This document shows, piece by piece, positions 20,661-30,982 of a DNA stretch of 64,000 nt. The stretch's first letter is position 1. Every line of letters begins with the position of its first letter. Made by a program: the position numbers and the translations under genes. The stretch comes from an uncultured candidate division Zixibacteria bacterium (GTDB taxonomy: Bacteria > Zixibacteria > MSB-5A5 > RBG-16-43-9). The DNA lies in the NCBI GenBank assembly GCA_963713865.1, contig OY970208.1, positions 800,001-864,000 of the forward strand. Reading direction: 5' to 3'. The notes beneath the pieces are model-generated. The model saw only the letters and a list, made by a program, of their open reading frames with translations, had not been told where the DNA came from and searched no databases.

Positions 20661-21350
20661 CTATGATTTCAGAGATTTCTTACCGAAAATAGATTTAAAA
20701 ATCCCAACAATTATACTCACCAGGCCAATCGGTAAGAGAAATATAAAGAAAAGTCTGGAAAGAACTGCGCTCCATAAAAACTTTGGAACAGAAAGAATCG
20801 CTTTCCATAACCTCTTGGTCCCTGAAATAACCAACGTATCAGGAAGAAACTCTTCCTCAATTATCGTTTTTTTCTCTTCTACTTCTGGCTCGACTTCAGT
20901 CCCGGCTATAATCCTTTTTGCTTCTGCTTCAATTGCTGTCTCAACTTCTGGTTCTTCCTTTTTCACTGTCCTGGAATGTTCTATAGCTTTGACTAAAACT
21001 TCTTTAAGCTCATCCGGTGTAAATGGCTTTGAGACATAATCTGAGACTCCTAACTTCATTGCTTTTACTGCTGATTCCACAGAAGGGTAACCCGTTATCA
21101 TTACTACGATTACATCTGGATGATTCTTCTTAATAATCCTTAAAACCTCCATCCCGTCAATTTCCGGAAGTTTCCAGTCTACTAAAACCGCATCATATTT
21201 ATCTTCCTCTATTTTCTTTAATCCTTCCCTGCCATTCATTGCTCCCTTTACCTCAAAACCTTCCTGACGTAATATCTTGCGGCAGCTATCTAAGACGATC
21301 GGTTCATCATCTATCACCAGTATGTTCTTTGTATCCTTCATCTTACTCAC
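20661..21350 (-). CDS. Response regulator receiver with acidic linker and C-terminal TM helix
   Basis: ILVIDD, DWKLP, ITG and KPF motifs; hydrophobic tail; GAGGAGG RBS. Confidence 0.85.
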   Translation of the reverse strand: MSKMKDTKNILVIDDEPIVLDSCRKILRQEGFEVKGAMNGREGLKKIEEDKYDAVLVDWKLPEIDGMEVLRIIKKNHPDVIVVMITGYPSVESAVKAMKLGVSDYVSKPFTPDELKEVLVKAIEHSRTVKKEEPEVETAIEAEAKRIIAGTEVEPEVEEKKTIIEEEFLPDTLVISGTKRLWKAILSVPKFLWSAVLSRLFFIFLLPIGLVSIIVGIFKSIFGKKSLKS

Positions 21351-21396
21351 CTCCTCTGATTTTCAGTTTGTTACTTTTTTCACAAACTTTTAAAGA

Positions 21397-21412
21397 GCAA
21401 TTGGTATGCCAA
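21397..21412 (-). promoter_or_regulatory. Sigma54 (-24/-12) promoter for the RR-gcvH-like-hybA-hybB operon
   Basis: TTGGCATACCAATTGC has exact GG-N10-GC spacing, about 45 bp upstream of the start codon. Confidence 0.75.
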
Positions 21413-22442
21413 AAGATTATATATATTATGCTGATCTAATTAACGTTTTGTATAATAATGAGTTATAATGAAAAATTTATGAGTGTATTACTATTAATGG
21501 AGCTTGATTAATATTAATTGTATATATTTTATATACGAGCTTGAAAGTTAAATATATGCAAGACTTAAACTTATACTTTATTTTAGATGTATAAATTTAA
21601 TCTAAAAGTATAATTCTTTTATCCAAAAATTTTTGAAAAACGGCTGATAAATATATTTATTGGTTACAGGAACTATTAATTGAACATTACTATTAAAAAT
21701 AGACGTTAACATATACCTTTAACAACCCGAAGAGTTACTGCTATATCATCCTTTTAATTAGATTATAGATTTACTATAGATATAGAATGATGATTGTAAA
21801 AACACTTGATACCACTCAACTTGGTACAAATAGATATAACCTGACGATTATTAGCAAAGCGGATTGTCAATCTAAAAGTCGATCACGAAAAAAACCTCCC
21901 CTCCTGAAATTTTAATTTATGGTTTAGATGGTTTCAGAACCTAAACTAAAAAAGACCAACTAAATATCCTGGAATAACTTTACATAAACTCCCCATTTAT
22001 TTGTCCTAATATGGATCCCTTAGGAAAAGAAATGGGATTTAAATCTAGGCATAGAAACCAAAATATCTTTGATATTTTAACTCTAAAAGTATGAAATTCA
22101 GTTTCAGATCTTTTATAATCACCTAATTTTTTAAGTCTTATAGATAGTTAAAAAAACTTTCTTTTTTCCCAAAAGGACCCTATATTGTATTAAAGAGCAG
22201 GTTAAATTATTCTCCCTTTAAAAGGTGAGGAGTGTATGCTTTGTTTTAAGATTTAAGCTCTTTGAGATATTTTCTTCATAGACGCTTTTTCAAGTCCAGA
22301 ACTCGAATATCAAAGAGAGGAAACTTTTAAAAGGTAAGGTCAGAGTTACAAATCTTAAGAGTTCTTTTTAAGACGTTCAGGGAATAGAGGTCCAGCTTTG
22401 GTGGGGTCAGACCTTGCAAAATATTTAACTCGAGGTTTAAAT

Positions 22443-23795
22443 ATGAATCTAAAAGAAAAAGATAAATCGGTAAGTATCCTGGTGGTGGATGATGAGTTCA
22501 GCGTGAGGGATTCTTTGACCAAGTGGTTCAAGTCAGATGGATATTTGGCAGATTCAGCTGCGGATGCAAATGAAGCTTTGAAAAAACTTCAGGAAAAGCA
22601 CTGGGATATTGCTTTTCTGGATATCAAGATGCCGGGAATCGATGGAATGGAACTGCAGCAGAGGATCAAAAACATCGATCCTAATATAGTTGTTATAATA
22701 TTAACCGGTTATGCCTCTATTGATACCGCGGTAAAATCTCTTAAAGAGGGAGCTTATGATTATGTGACCAAACCAGTTGATCCGGATTATCTTTCTCACC
22801 TGATCGAAAAAATTGTCCAGCAAAAACTGGTTTTATCCGAGAATATTCAGCTCAAGGAAACGATTCGAGAACTTTACATAGCGGATCAGATTATAGGCGA
22901 AAGTCCGGAGATGCTAAAGGTTTTTGAATTGATGAAGGCGGTAGCCCCTGCCAACACATCTGTTTTTATCCGGGGGGAGAGTGGAACTGGAAAAGAGCTT
23001 TTAGCCCGGACAATTCATGCCAAAAGCTCCAGGCGGTTTTTCCCTTTCGTCAACCTCAATTGCGGAGGGTTGAGTGAAGATTTTCTGGAGAGTGAGCTTT
23101 TTGGACATGAGAAAGGAGCTATGGCTGGAGCTTTGTACCAGCGCAAAGGAAAACTTGAGATGGCCGATGGCGGTACCATTTTTCTGAATGAGGTTGCCAG
23201 CCTTTCACCAAAAGCCCAGACGGTCCTTCATACCGCCATAGAGACAAAACAGTTCAATCGGATTGGTGGTCAGGAAATCATTAAAGCTGATTTCCGCTTG
23301 ATCTCAGCCACCAGTCACAATCTGGAGCTTCTGGTTAAAGAAGGCATCTTCAGGGAAGATTTATATTATCAGCTGAATGTCTTTACCATTTCCATGCCTC
23401 CCTTAAGAAACAGAAAGAAAGATCTGCCGCTTTTAGCCAGTTATTTTTTAAATAGTCTGGTAAAAGCTGTGAATAAACCAATAGAAGGGCTATCGGCTGA
23501 AGCTCTGAAATCAATAGAAGAATATGATTGGCCCGGAAATGTACGAGAGCTTAAAAATGCGATTGAAAGAGCGGTGGTGGTAAGCAAAGGTCCGTTAATA
23601 ACTTTATCGGACCTTCCCATACCGGCTTTTCCTAAAACCTCGATGGAGGATCTAAGCCTGGAAGCCGCAGAAAAAAATCACCTCCGGCAAGTGCTCGAGC
23701 AGATGGGATGGGACTTAGATAAATCAACTGAAGTTTTGAAGATCGATAGAGTAATACTTGAGAGTAAAATTGAAAAATACGGGTTACGGAAGTAA
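22443..23795 (+). CDS. NtrC-family sigma54-type response regulator (REC-AAA+-HTH) with degenerate motifs
   Basis: GESGTGKEL, ESELFGHEKG, FREDLYY and WPGNVREL; GAFTGA reads GAMAGA and Walker B reads FLNEV. Confidence 0.92.
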   Translation: MNLKEKDKSVSILVVDDEFSVRDSLTKWFKSDGYLADSAADANEALKKLQEKHWDIAFLDIKMPGIDGMELQQRIKNIDPNIVVIILTGYASIDTAVKSLKEGAYDYVTKPVDPDYLSHLIEKIVQQKLVLSENIQLKETIRELYIADQIIGESPEMLKVFELMKAVAPANTSVFIRGESGTGKELLARTIHAKSSRRFFPFVNLNCGGLSEDFLESELFGHEKGAMAGALYQRKGKLEMADGGTIFLNEVASLSPKAQTVLHTAIETKQFNRIGGQEIIKADFRLISATSHNLELLVKEGIFREDLYYQLNVFTISMPPLRNRKKDLPLLASYFLNSLVKAVNKPIEGLSAEALKSIEEYDWPGNVRELKNAIERAVVVSKGPLITLSDLPIPAFPKTSMEDLSLEAAEKNHLRQVLEQMGWDLDKSTEVLKIDRVILESKIEKYGLRK

Positions 23796-23797
23796 AA

Positions 23798-24343
23798 GTG
23801 CGCATATACGTTTTACCGCTGAGCTTTCCGGATAAAAATCTCTTTAATACTCTGTGTAACACCCTGGAGGATGCTTTTAAGATCCCGGTGAAGATATTAA
23901 ACCATCCCTTCCCTCTGGAAAAAGGAAAAGACCCCACCCGGAATCAATACAACTCCACCTGGATTTTGTCCCAGCTTTTAAAGGAAGTTCCTGAAGAATC
24001 CTGCAAAATTTTAGGGGTGACCAACCTTGATCTTTTTGTTCCAGTTTTAACTTATGTTTTTGGTGAAGCCCAGTTGGAAGGGAAGGCTGCGGTGGTTTCC
24101 AGTTTCAGGTTGAGAGATGAGTTATACGGATTACCAAAAAATCCGGATAAGCTGAAAGAGCGATTGGAAAAAGAAGCTGTTCACGAATTGGGTCACACTT
24201 TCGCTCTGATACATTGTCCAAACCCCAGATGCGTGATGTATACTTCCACCTATGCAGAGGAGATCGACTTCAAATCCAAAGATTTCTGCAATAGCTGCTC
24301 CTCTATTCTGGAGAAGAAAAAAGAACAACTATTACAGAAATAA
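23798..24343 (+). CDS. Archaemetzincin-family Zn metalloprotease
   Basis: HELGHTFALIHC-x4-CVM...FC-x2-C. Confidence 0.9.
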   Translation: MRIYVLPLSFPDKNLFNTLCNTLEDAFKIPVKILNHPFPLEKGKDPTRNQYNSTWILSQLLKEVPEESCKILGVTNLDLFVPVLTYVFGEAQLEGKAAVVSSFRLRDELYGLPKNPDKLKERLEKEAVHELGHTFALIHCPNPRCVMYTSTYAEEIDFKSKDFCNSCSSILEKKKEQLLQK

Positions 24344-24368
24344 AAACCAGCTCAAGACCTTAGATTAT

Positions 24369-24554
24369 TTAAGCCTTCTTGTCCCTTATCTCCATCAAGA
24401 TAAAGTTTAAAGCAAAAAAGAGACATCCAACTGCAAACCTGAAAGCGCTCTGGGAGGATGCTCCCAGGGGCATTAAATCAGCCAGCCTGAAAATTATTGC
24501 AAGGATAAAAGCAATAGCAGCCAGTACCATTAAAAGGTTAGCCAGGGTCTTCAT
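24369..24554 (-). CDS. Small two-TM membrane protein
   Basis: GGAGG RBS; hydrophobic 61-aa ORF. Confidence 0.65.
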   Translation of the reverse strand: MKTLANLLMVLAAIAFILAIIFRLADLMPLGASSQSAFRFAVGCLFFALNFILMEIRDKKA

Positions 24555-24892
24555 AAGAAACCTCCGGTTTTTTGGTTAGGGGTTAATAATAGATAGCTTA
24601 TTGTTAAAAAAATTCCCTGTTGCTTTAAATAAATTAGAATTTTATAAAACAGTTGTCAATGAAAATGTTATGGCTTTTCTTAAAAATTAGGTTGCCTTAA
24701 CTTGAGAATATATTTAAACCTCACTCCTCTTCCCTTTCCTACTGATTCGTTTATAGGAATAAATGAGAGGAAAAGATTAATACTTGTACACTTCATGGTA
24801 ACTTCAAAAGAATTTTTTAATACAGAAAGGTTTTCCCTTGATTTCCCTCAAAAATTTGCTTAATTAGTTTCGTTTATTGAAAGGGTCTTAAA

Positions 24893-24978
24893 GCGAAAGT
24901 GGCGGAACTGGCATACGCGCTGGATTTAGGATCCAGTGCCCTCAAGGCTTGGGGGTTCAACTCCCCCCTTTCGCACCA
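24893..24978 (+). tRNA. tRNA-Leu(TAG)
   Basis: GCGAAAGTGGCGGAACTGGCATACGCGCTGGATTTAGGATCCAG, long variable arm, GTTCAACTC, CCA end. Confidence 0.96.
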
Positions 24979-25008
24979 TTCTGGTTAATAGATAAAGAGG
25001 AGGAAATA

Positions 25009-26310
25009 TTGAAAGTTAATGTTACTGAAGAAAAAGCCTGGAAAAGAGTTTTGGAAATAGAGATACCGGTGGAGAAGGTTAATGGGGAATTCGACTCGGT
25101 TTATCTGGAGTATCAGAGAAAAGCCAAAATTCCGGGTTTCCGTCCGGGAAAAGCGCCATTAGAGCTGATCAAAAAAAGATATAAGGATAAAGTTACCAAA
25201 GACGTCCTGGAAAACCTTTTACCCGAAGCTTATCAGGAAGCAGTCAAACAAACCAGTTTAATCCCTTTGACCCTGCCTCTTTTGAAGGACATAGATTTTC
25301 AGGAAGGGTTGCCTATAAAGTTCAAAGCTCAAATCGAGATCCGGCCGGAAATAGAGCCAAAGGATTACCAGGGATTACAGCTGAAAAGAAAAATAATCGA
25401 GATCAAGGAAGAGCACGTTCATAACACCTTGAATTATCTTCAGGATAAAAATGCGGAATTACATTCTGTCGATAGAGAGGCAAAAGATGGAGATTTTTTG
25501 GTGGTGGATTTGGAGGAGATAGCAGAAAGAGAAGCTAAAGCAAAAAAGAAAGCGGAGAATCAAACCATCTGGTTGAAAAAAGAAAATCTTTTAGCCGAAT
25601 TTTACCGTGGATTTACCGGTGCAAAAGCAGGTGAGGAAAAAGAGATCGAGGCAATCTATCCCCAGGATTATTTTGAGAAAAACCTGGCGGGTAAAATCAT
25701 TAAATACAAAGCCAAAGTAAAAGAGGTAAAGGAAAAAATACTTCCGGAGATAAACGATGATTTTGCCAAAAGCCTGGGCGAATATAAAAGCTTAGAAGAG
25801 CTGAAGAGTAAGATCAAAGAAGATTTAAAAATAAAGGCAAAGCAAGATGAAGAAAAGGATTTAGCCAATCAGGTTATAAAACAGGTGGTGGAAAATAACA
25901 GCTTTGAGGTGCCTGAATCTCTTCTGGATCTTTATCTGGACTCCGTGATGGAGGATTTGAGGAAAACATACAAGAAAGTGGATGAAGAGAAAATCAGGGA
26001 GCAATACCGGGAGCTGGGCTTAGCCCGGATCAGGTGGGAGTTCATCCGGCAGGAGATAGCCAAAAAGGAGAAGATCGAGGTTACCAAAGAGGAAATAGAT
26101 AAATGGGTGGAGAATTTCGCTAAAACCAATTCCCTGGAGCTGAAACAGGCTAAGGAGTTTATAGCCCAGAACAAAAAAATCGAGAGCATAAAAGATACCA
26201 TCCTGGAAGATAAGGTGATAGATTTCATCTTGAATAATTCTAAAATAAAAGAGGAAATCATAAAAGAATCCAAACAGGAAAAAGAAGAGAAAAAAATCAT
26301 AAAACCCTGA
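25009..26310 (+). CDS. tig: Trigger factor
   Basis: IPGFRPGKAP signature; TTG start after GAGGAGG; tRNA-Leu-tig-clpP synteny. Confidence 0.95.
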   Translation: MKVNVTEEKAWKRVLEIEIPVEKVNGEFDSVYLEYQRKAKIPGFRPGKAPLELIKKRYKDKVTKDVLENLLPEAYQEAVKQTSLIPLTLPLLKDIDFQEGLPIKFKAQIEIRPEIEPKDYQGLQLKRKIIEIKEEHVHNTLNYLQDKNAELHSVDREAKDGDFLVVDLEEIAEREAKAKKKAENQTIWLKKENLLAEFYRGFTGAKAGEEKEIEAIYPQDYFEKNLAGKIIKYKAKVKEVKEKILPEINDDFAKSLGEYKSLEELKSKIKEDLKIKAKQDEEKDLANQVIKQVVENNSFEVPESLLDLYLDSVMEDLRKTYKKVDEEKIREQYRELGLARIRWEFIRQEIAKKEKIEVTKEEIDKWVENFAKTNSLELKQAKEFIAQNKKIESIKDTILEDKVIDFILNNSKIKEEIIKESKQEKEEKKIIKP

Positions 26311-26372
26311 AGAATTGGTAGCACAGGCGTCCCCGCCTGTGGCTTGCTAAATTAGTTTAAAAAGGAGAGAAT

Positions 26373-26960
26373 ATGACCCTGGTTCCATTCGTTATCGAAC
26401 AAACTAGTAGAGGGGAGAGAGCTTATGACATTTTCTCCCGGCTTTTAAAGGACCGGATTATCTTCATCGGCTCGCCCATCGATGATAATGTTGCTAATCT
26501 GGTAATCGCCCAGCTTCTGTTCCTGGATGCAGAAGATCCGGAAAAGGATATCAACATCTATATCAATTCCCCGGGCGGGATAGTTACCTCAGGTCTTGCC
26601 ATTTACGATACTATGCAGTTTGTCAAGCCGGCCGTGGCTACAACCTGTGTGGGGTTAGCCGCTAGTATCGCCGCGCTCCTTCTGGCTGGCGGAACAAAAG
26701 GGAAAAGGTCTGCGCTTCCCCATTCCAGGATGCTGATTCACCAGCCCTGGGGAGGGGTTCAGGGACAGGTAACCGATATCGAGATCCAGACCAAAGAGAT
26801 GAGAACTGTCAGGGAAATCTTAAACGATATATTATCCAAGCATACCGGACAGCTGGTGGAAAAGATAGTTAAGGATACAGACCGGAACTTCTTTATGTCT
26901 CCAGAGGAGTCTAAGGCTTATGGTCTGATCGATGAGATTTTCCAGAAGAAGACCAAATAA
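26373..26960 (+). CDS. clpP: ATP-dependent Clp protease proteolytic subunit
   Basis: [29 protein letters not shown] and DRNFFM. Confidence 0.97.
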   Translation: MTLVPFVIEQTSRGERAYDIFSRLLKDRIIFIGSPIDDNVANLVIAQLLFLDAEDPEKDINIYINSPGGIVTSGLAIYDTMQFVKPAVATTCVGLAASIAALLLAGGTKGKRSALPHSRMLIHQPWGGVQGQVTDIEIQTKEMRTVREILNDILSKHTGQLVEKIVKDTDRNFFMSPEESKAYGLIDEIFQKKTK

Positions 26961-27005
26961 GAGAAGAATTTCTATAAGTTTTGAGGAAAAGTAGTTTCGC
27001 AGAAT

Positions 27006-27078
27006 CCCCTCCCTTGATGGCCGATAAAAGTCCTACGGAGGCTTCGCTCCTCGTAGAGGAAGGGGTAAGGGGAGGGTG
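27006..27078. repeat. CCCCTCCCTTGATGG...GGGGAGGGTG REP-like element interrupted by an inserted hairpin
   Basis: Uninterrupted copy at 60428-60462; inserted CTACGGAGGCTTCGCTCCTCGTAG at 27033-27056. Confidence 0.65.
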
Positions 27079-27126
27079 TCCCTCTCCCATAAAGAGAGAG
27101 GAAAATAAAGACACAAAGGAAAAGAA

Positions 27127-28401
27127 ATGCCTAAGCGGATAGTTGTGGGGATGCAGTGGGGGGATGAGGGTAAAGGTAAGATCGTTGACCTTTTGTCTGA
27201 GCAGGCGGATGTCATTGCCCGATACCAGGGCGGGGCAAATGCCGGTCATACCGTGGTAATCGATTCCAAAAAATTTATTTTGCATCTTATCCCAACCGGA
27301 ATTTTACATCCTAAAAAATTCTGTGTGATCGGAAACGGGGTGGTATTGGATTTAGAGCTTTTCTTCCTGGAGTTGGAGGAATTAAAAAGTAAAGGGATAA
27401 AGTTTGACAAAAGGATTTTCATCAGCAAAAATGCTCATCTGGTAATGCCCTATCATAAAGATATGGAGAGGATAGAGGAGGAGAAAAGGGGAAATTCCAG
27501 AATCGACACTACTCTTAAGGGGATTGGACCGGCTTACCTGGATAAAATCGGTCGGAGAGGGATACGTTTAAATGACCTTTTCGACGAGAAGCTTTTCCGG
27601 GCAAAGATCGAGGAGAATCTGAAGGATAAAAGCAGCTGTCTCAACTGTCTTCTGGAAAAAGAGCTTTCCTCATTATGGGAGCATTGTTTGAGCTTTCTTG
27701 AGTACAAAAACAGGCTCGCCCTTTTGATGATAGACACAACCTCCTTTTTGAATAAAGCGATTAAACAAAAGAAAGATATCCTTTTCGAAGGAGCTCAGGG
27801 CACACTTTTGGATATAGATTTCGGGACCTATCCTTATGTGACTTCCTCAAATACCACAGCCGGAGGAGCCTGCACCGGATTGGGAGTCAGTCCGGTTTAC
27901 ATAGATGAGGTCATCGGCGTTTCCAAAGCTTATACCACCAGAGTGGGGAATGGACCTTTTCCCACTGAATTGAAAGACAAAACCGGGGAACATATCCAGC
28001 AAATTGGGAACGAGTTCGGCGCCACAACTGGCAGACCCAGAAGATGCGGATGGTTAGACCTTTTGATCTTGAGATATGCGGTGATGATAAACGGGATCAA
28101 AAAAATCGCATTGACCAAATTAGACGTCTTAGACCAGCTCGAGACCATAAAGGTTTGCACCGGGTATAAATACAAGGGTAAGGTTTTAAAAGAATTTTCC
28201 ACTGAGCTTAATGTTCTGGAAAATTGCGAGCCATTATATAAAAATATTTCTGGTTGGAAAAAAGACACCACCGGGATAAGGGATTACAAAAAACTCCCCC
28301 AGAAAACTAAAGACTATATAAAATTCATCCAAGACCAGACCGAAACGAAAATCTTCTTAATCTCAACCGGGTGTAAAAGGGAAGAGACGATCTGGGTATG
28401 A
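27127..28401 (+). CDS. purA: Adenylosuccinate synthetase
   Basis: QWGDEGKGK, GGANAGHT, FGTYPYVTSS and GATTGRPRRCGW. Confidence 0.97.
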   Translation: MPKRIVVGMQWGDEGKGKIVDLLSEQADVIARYQGGANAGHTVVIDSKKFILHLIPTGILHPKKFCVIGNGVVLDLELFFLELEELKSKGIKFDKRIFISKNAHLVMPYHKDMERIEEEKRGNSRIDTTLKGIGPAYLDKIGRRGIRLNDLFDEKLFRAKIEENLKDKSSCLNCLLEKELSSLWEHCLSFLEYKNRLALLMIDTTSFLNKAIKQKKDILFEGAQGTLLDIDFGTYPYVTSSNTTAGGACTGLGVSPVYIDEVIGVSKAYTTRVGNGPFPTELKDKTGEHIQQIGNEFGATTGRPRRCGWLDLLILRYAVMINGIKKIALTKLDVLDQLETIKVCTGYKYKGKVLKEFSTELNVLENCEPLYKNISGWKKDTTGIRDYKKLPQKTKDYIKFIQDQTETKIFLISTGCKREETIWV

Positions 28402-28415
28402 GGGGGTTTTGAAAT

Positions 28416-29474
28416 TTATTGCATAGATCTGAGTTCAAAGGCTTTTTCAAAATTCTTTGCTTTCAATATTTTCTTTTTTAGACCTTCATAGGGTGGGAAT
28501 GCTCCGCCAAAACCAATAACCCTTCTTGCTTTAGCTATCATTTCTAATTGCTCAGCAGTCCAATTAGGTGATACGAATGTGTTCTTAGGCCTTGGCTCAA
28601 GCGGTTCATATCTCATTGGATAAGCAACAACCCCCCAATCCAAAAGGTCTTTTATCCGATTCAAAAAATCTTCTGATTTATCAAGATGGTTATAAAGACA
28701 ATAAACGATAATTTTTCTACCTCTAATTCCTACAGTATTCAAAATAGTTATGGCTTTTTTAAGAGATGATCTAATAGGATTACTATCATATGCTAATCTT
28801 ACTAAGGGAATTTTAAGTCTTTTAAGTCTTATTGCAACTTCTTCATCCAAAAGTCTTGCATCCAGCCCTTGATTAAAATCAACTTCAAGATTTAATTCCT
28901 CAAGTTCATCAAAGATGTTTTTCCAATATGGAGAAGCAAGAATATTGTTATCCCAGAATACAACTTTATTATGTCCTGGATATATAAGCTTTTTTATTGT
29001 TTTTTTTGCCTTAAATTTAGGCTCCAATACAGGTACTGAGCAAAAAGGACAACTCCTTATGCATCCTCTGGATGAAAAAAGAATGCTTGCTTTCCACTCA
29101 GGTACCAGAGAATAATCGGGTAAGATGTTTTCGACTTTCTTGTATAAACCTTTATGGATTTTAATTCTGTTTTTAAAATTTTCCCGAAGATGATCTTCAC
29201 ATAAAGTAGCATAAATGCCACCTACTATAATATCTGATCTTTTGTATTTTTGGGTATAATGCTGGATAACTTCATGAACTGGTTCCCAGGCATAAGTAAA
29301 AAGACTAGTAATATAGATAATATCTGGCTTAAATCCGTTGTCAGAAAACCCTTGGACAAATGTTACTTTATCCTTTTTCTGCTTGTGATAAGCAGCGAGT
29401 TTAAGAAGACCGAGGGGAGGATAAGGAGTATGATACTTCTTACTCTTTGGAGGTTCGACGAGCAAAATTTTCAT
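28416..29474 (-). CDS. Radical SAM protein with N-terminal B12-binding-like domain
   Basis: YPPLGLLKLA, TSLFTY and VGGIYATL; SRGCIRSCPFC (CxxxCxxC), DNN, DFNQGLDARL. Confidence 0.9.
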   Translation of the reverse strand: MKILLVEPPKSKKYHTPYPPLGLLKLAAYHKQKKDKVTFVQGFSDNGFKPDIIYITSLFTYAWEPVHEVIQHYTQKYKRSDIIVGGIYATLCEDHLRENFKNRIKIHKGLYKKVENILPDYSLVPEWKASILFSSRGCIRSCPFCSVPVLEPKFKAKKTIKKLIYPGHNKVVFWDNNILASPYWKNIFDELEELNLEVDFNQGLDARLLDEEVAIRLKRLKIPLVRLAYDSNPIRSSLKKAITILNTVGIRGRKIIVYCLYNHLDKSEDFLNRIKDLLDWGVVAYPMRYEPLEPRPKNTFVSPNWTAEQLEMIAKARRVIGFGGAFPPYEGLKKKILKAKNFEKAFELRSMQ

Positions 29475-30982
29475 GTTAACAGAATCATAGGATATTCAAA
29501 TCTTATTCCATCACATTTCACGGAATTTATGAAATCCCTGCATTCGGCTTTTAACTTTCCCAGACGAGGGTAACTTTTAGCTATACTTTCATTTACAGTA
29601 GCTAATATCTTTCCGTTGTATTGAAAACCTTGAAGCAGCTCAGGTGTTTCCAAACAAAGAGATTTCTCACGTTTGTCTTCTTGCAGACTATCAAGGTATA
29701 TTAATAAGACTGCAAAAGGGAAGCGACTCAAACTTAGCTTCTTCAAATGCTTTTTTGAAAGTCTTTCTCGGAATTGTTTGTCATGAAGCGCGATTGAAAG
29801 CCCTGCGGGATAAATGTGGTAGACTAAAAACATCCTTTTCTCTGGCTTCTCCTCTTGACGTGCTTCAGAGAAAATATCGACTAGGAATCGAAAACAGCTA
29901 GCGACACCATGGGAATCATGAAAACTTTCCCGAAAAATTTGCTCTAATGATTCGTCTTGTGTTCCGAACACATCAGGAGGCCAATCAATTTTGTGTTTTT
30001 TTTCGGAGACCGAAAATTTAAACAGAGATATTAGTTGCTTTAAGTTCTCTTTATATACAGGGTCATCCCAGACATTTGTAATTTCTCGTTCGCTGGAAAT
30101 CGTACTAACTCCGTAGAACTCTCTTTTTAGGTCGTCGAGTTTTGCAATAAGATAACCAACATCATGAAAAACCGAGGTTAGTAGCCACATAAATTCAAGG
30201 GAAAGTCCTCGATATTTTGGGAAAATACTCTTGAAGTAAGTTTTAAAATCACTTTGATAGCGATCCAGTATGAATAAACCTAACAAGAAAATATGAAAAG
30301 AGTGAAAGTAGTGATCCCTGATATCCAAGGAGCTTTCAAACCTACTTAGGATTTCGAACGAATCGATTCCGGACGTATAGTTGTCATCAGACTTTAAGAG
30401 CTTGGCAATAGTGTCTTTAACGAGCTCTTCCTCTCTCTGCTGATCGAGTTTACTCTTGCTTTTAAGTTTCAGATATTCTTTTGAAAAGTCTTTCAACAAT
30501 GTTCTAAATTTTGAATTTCCTAAGGTAAATGTTGGGATTTTATTTATTACCCATGATGGGTAGTGTCCGACATACTGCGCGGGTGACACAAGTGGAATCA
30601 CTGGGTTTACAGCATCACGAATTAATAAGAGGCGATTTTTTTTGACCAAGATCAGACCGAATCCCTTTTCCCGACAGCTTTCCTCGAAAATGTCCAGAAG
30701 CTGTTCGTCTTGCAAGATGAAAAAGAAATCAAAATCGCAGCCGCCCATCGCCTTTTTCACTTCTTCAGCTAAGATAATTGGGAAAGATTCTGCTGAAGGC
30801 ACTTCCGTAAATGCAATGTACCTCCTAGTCCGAGTGTCTTTAAATAAATAATCTGGTTGCCACCGAACATCGGGTAATTTTCTTGAAAACCGCACTTTAT
30901 CTCTCGGTTGCATAGCACTTGAAGGGAGTTTCCGTGCTTTTGAAATATACTTCCCCAGCTTATGAACAAGATCTGTTGACAT
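29471..30982 (-). CDS. HD-superfamily phosphohydrolase with an N-terminal restriction-endonuclease-like domain
   Basis: RDHYFHS, FHDVGY, HG, IALHD and DSLQE metal-ligand pattern; N-terminal PDYLF...FTEV...GFGLILV. Confidence 0.75.
   Translation of the reverse strand: MSTDLVHKLGKYISKARKLPSSAMQPRDKVRFSRKLPDVRWQPDYLFKDTRTRRYIAFTEVPSAESFPIILAEEVKKAMGGCDFDFFFILQDEQLLDIFEESCREKGFGLILVKKNRLLLIRDAVNPVIPLVSPAQYVGHYPSWVINKIPTFTLGNSKFRTLLKDFSKEYLKLKSKSKLDQQREEELVKDTIAKLLKSDDNYTSGIDSFEILSRFESSLDIRDHYFHSFHIFLLGLFILDRYQSDFKTYFKSIFPKYRGLSLEFMWLLTSVFHDVGYLIAKLDDLKREFYGVSTISSEREITNVWDDPVYKENLKQLISLFKFSVSEKKHKIDWPPDVFGTQDESLEQIFRESFHDSHGVASCFRFLVDIFSEARQEEKPEKRMFLVYHIYPAGLSIALHDKQFRERLSKKHLKKLSLSRFPFAVLLIYLDSLQEDKREKSLCLETPELLQGFQYNGKILATVNESIAKSYPRLGKLKAECRDFINSVKCDGIRFEYPMILLT

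Noticed and set aside
24949-25008. N-terminal extension of tig in the ORF track
   Set aside because: Overlaps tRNA-Leu; the TTG at 25009 has a strong RBS.
26373-28401. clpX missing after clpP
   Set aside because: A simple synteny difference; clpX may lie elsewhere in the genome.
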